Source: Kofleriaceae bacterium (lineage in GTDB: Bacteria; Myxococcota_A; Polyangia; Haliangiales; Haliangiaceae). Taken from it: a stretch of DNA of 31,624 nt. Positions 30,198 through 31,624 of the stretch are shown one piece after another; position 1 is the first letter of the stretch; the number at the start of each line of letters is the position of its first letter. The notes beneath the pieces are model-generated. The model was not told the origin of the DNA and did not search any database. It saw only the letters and a list, made by a program, of their open reading frames with translations. The stretch spans positions 1-31,624 of the forward strand of contig JBKJLC010000019.1 of NCBI GenBank assembly GCA_046597055.1. Reading direction: 5' to 3'. The translations under genes were made by a program, and so were the position numbers.

Positions 30198-30310
30198 CAA
30201 TACCCCCGGTGAAAGAGTCAACAAATTGGCTGCAACTCTGTTCAGTGATCGCGATGCGATCGCGCGGCGGCGTGACCGCGGGCGCAGGCGCGTCTGTTAC
30301 CGTCGCTGAC

Positions 30311-30847
30311 GTGCCGCGCAGCGCCCTCACCGCGACGACGATCGTCGGGCTCGCGCTCGCGCTGGGCGCACCGGCGAGCGCCGACATCGACGGCGACATC
30401 TTCACCTCGACGGCGGTCGGCATCCGCGCCGAGGTGCCGCGCGGGTGGCGTGTCGGCGAGTCGAGCGGCTATCCCAACGTGCTGCTGTGGATGAGCCGGT
30501 CCAAGCCGCGCGTGAAGATCGTGGTCGTGTTCGACCACATCGTGCCCGACTGCCGCACCGTCATCGACGCGACCTTCTGCAGCCACGACGTCGCGCAGAT
30601 CGTCGCCGCGCTGCGTGCGCAGGTCGCCGCCGCCGGCTTCACCATCACGGCGCAGGCGCAGACTCGCACGCCCGAGCTTGAGTACCAGGTCGACCGCCGG
30701 TACCTGCGCCACGCGCTGGTCGTGGTCGGCGACCGGGTGGTGAGCATCATCCTCACCGCCGACTCGCCTGCCGATCGGGCCAGCCAGAGCCGCACGTTCG
30801 AGCGGCTGACCCAGGGCGTGCGGCCGATGGCCACGCGCGCGCCCTGA
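30311..30847 (+). CDS. Hypothetical secreted protein
   Basis: Signal-peptide-like IVGLALALGAPASA; GTG 7 nt after TGtTACCGT; GC3-rich from here onward. Confidence 0.7.
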   Translation: MPRSALTATTIVGLALALGAPASADIDGDIFTSTAVGIRAEVPRGWRVGESSGYPNVLLWMSRSKPRVKIVVVFDHIVPDCRTVIDATFCSHDVAQIVAALRAQVAAAGFTITAQAQTRTPELEYQVDRRYLRHALVVVGDRVVSIILTADSPADRASQSRTFERLTQGVRPMATRAP

Positions 30848-31142
30848 GCCGCTGAACCGCACCCCGTCGGTCGTGGGGGGTCACGCGGAGCCGGACTCAC
30901 CGTCGGCGACGCCGAGGTCCCGGCGCTTGCTCGATCCGGGGTCCCCGGGCTCGCCGCTGGACGGTGCCATTGCCCCAACTCGTCGACGCCTGACCAACCC
31001 GGCCGTGGAATTTACGAGCGCGCCTGGGACCTCGTCCCCGCCTCGGCTCGTCCTCCGTGCCGGTCACGTACACAGACCTCGACGGGAACGCGTCTGGTGT
31101 GACAGCCCCGTGATCGGGCCCTCTCCCAATTCTCGGCTCGTC

Positions 31143-31624
31143 TTTCCCGCTGTCCTGAGCGACGCGCGCAGCGCGACGTCGAAGGCCAGACCTCGGGGCT
31201 GATCACATCTCGAGGTGATCGAACGCGCTCCCTTTTTCCGGTGGCCCGAGCCGACGCGAAGCGCGCAGCGCGACGTCGAAGGGCAGCCCTCAGGACCGAT
31301 CACATCTCTCGGTGTGATCGAAAGCGCGCCCGCGTTTCCGGTGCCCGGAGCCGGCGCGAAGCGCCGCGTCGACGGGCATAGCGGCGAAATGCGGTGCGTG
31401 CTCTTTGACGGTCTTCCCTCTGGATCCCACACATCTTCCCGGTGGCCCTGAGCCAGGGCGAGCCCCCGCGACCCCGCCGGCGAAGGCCGGCCCGTCGGAG
31501 CGACGTGCGGCACCCTTGGCGCTCTGCCGTCTGCCGGCAGCCCGTCGGAGCGACGTGCGGCACCTTGGCGCTCTGCCCTCTGCCCTTCGACACGGCGCCT
31601 GCGGCGCCGGCTCAGGGCCACCGG
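31143..31624. repeat. Second, larger cluster of the same palindromic repeat family, truncated by the window end
   Basis: Forward cores at 31143-31186, 31233-31284, 31335-31377 and 31422-31463; inverted core at 31580-31624; internal tandem duplication 31490-31528/31540-31577; collinear with 4878-5092. Confidence 0.9.

Noticed and set aside
31143..31624. CRISPR array
   Set aside because: Units are degenerate, vary in length, occur in both orientations and have homologous inter-core segments; no cas genes in the window

Overview
Very GC-rich (~70%+) bacterial chromosome segment, most consistent with a myxobacterium (Myxococcota): asgB-like gene next to purH/purD, CheW plus hybrid CheA, and many Gly/Asp-linker lipoproteins. 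It holds about 30 mostly housekeeping or accessory genes: catalase-like protein, copper monooxygenase lipoprotein, cheW-cheA, rnr, PQQ-repeat lipoprotein, double GST-kappa/DsbA protein, YhhN, ECF sigma/NrsF, FGase, acyl-CoA dehydrogenase, GNAT, chlorophyllase-like hydrolase, two MerR-like regulators, MATE, NlpC/P60 lipoprotein, DUF1015, purD, purH and asgB. I saw no rRNA, tRNA, CRISPR, transposase, phage or defence genes. The signals not explained by the gene list are: (1) a modular palindromic REP/REPIN-like repeat family in two clusters (4878-5210 and 31143-31624); (2) an unannotated 55-aa, 47% Lys/Arg protein with its own sigma70-type promoter; (3) a candidate leader peptide and attenuator (…CQRQH*) upstream of the MATE gene; (4) a paired GTGA-N10-TCAC motif; (5) widespread leaderless-type promoters; (6) a C/G strand-skew island with a G-quadruplex-like junction. 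All calls come from reading motifs by eye; no database searches were run.
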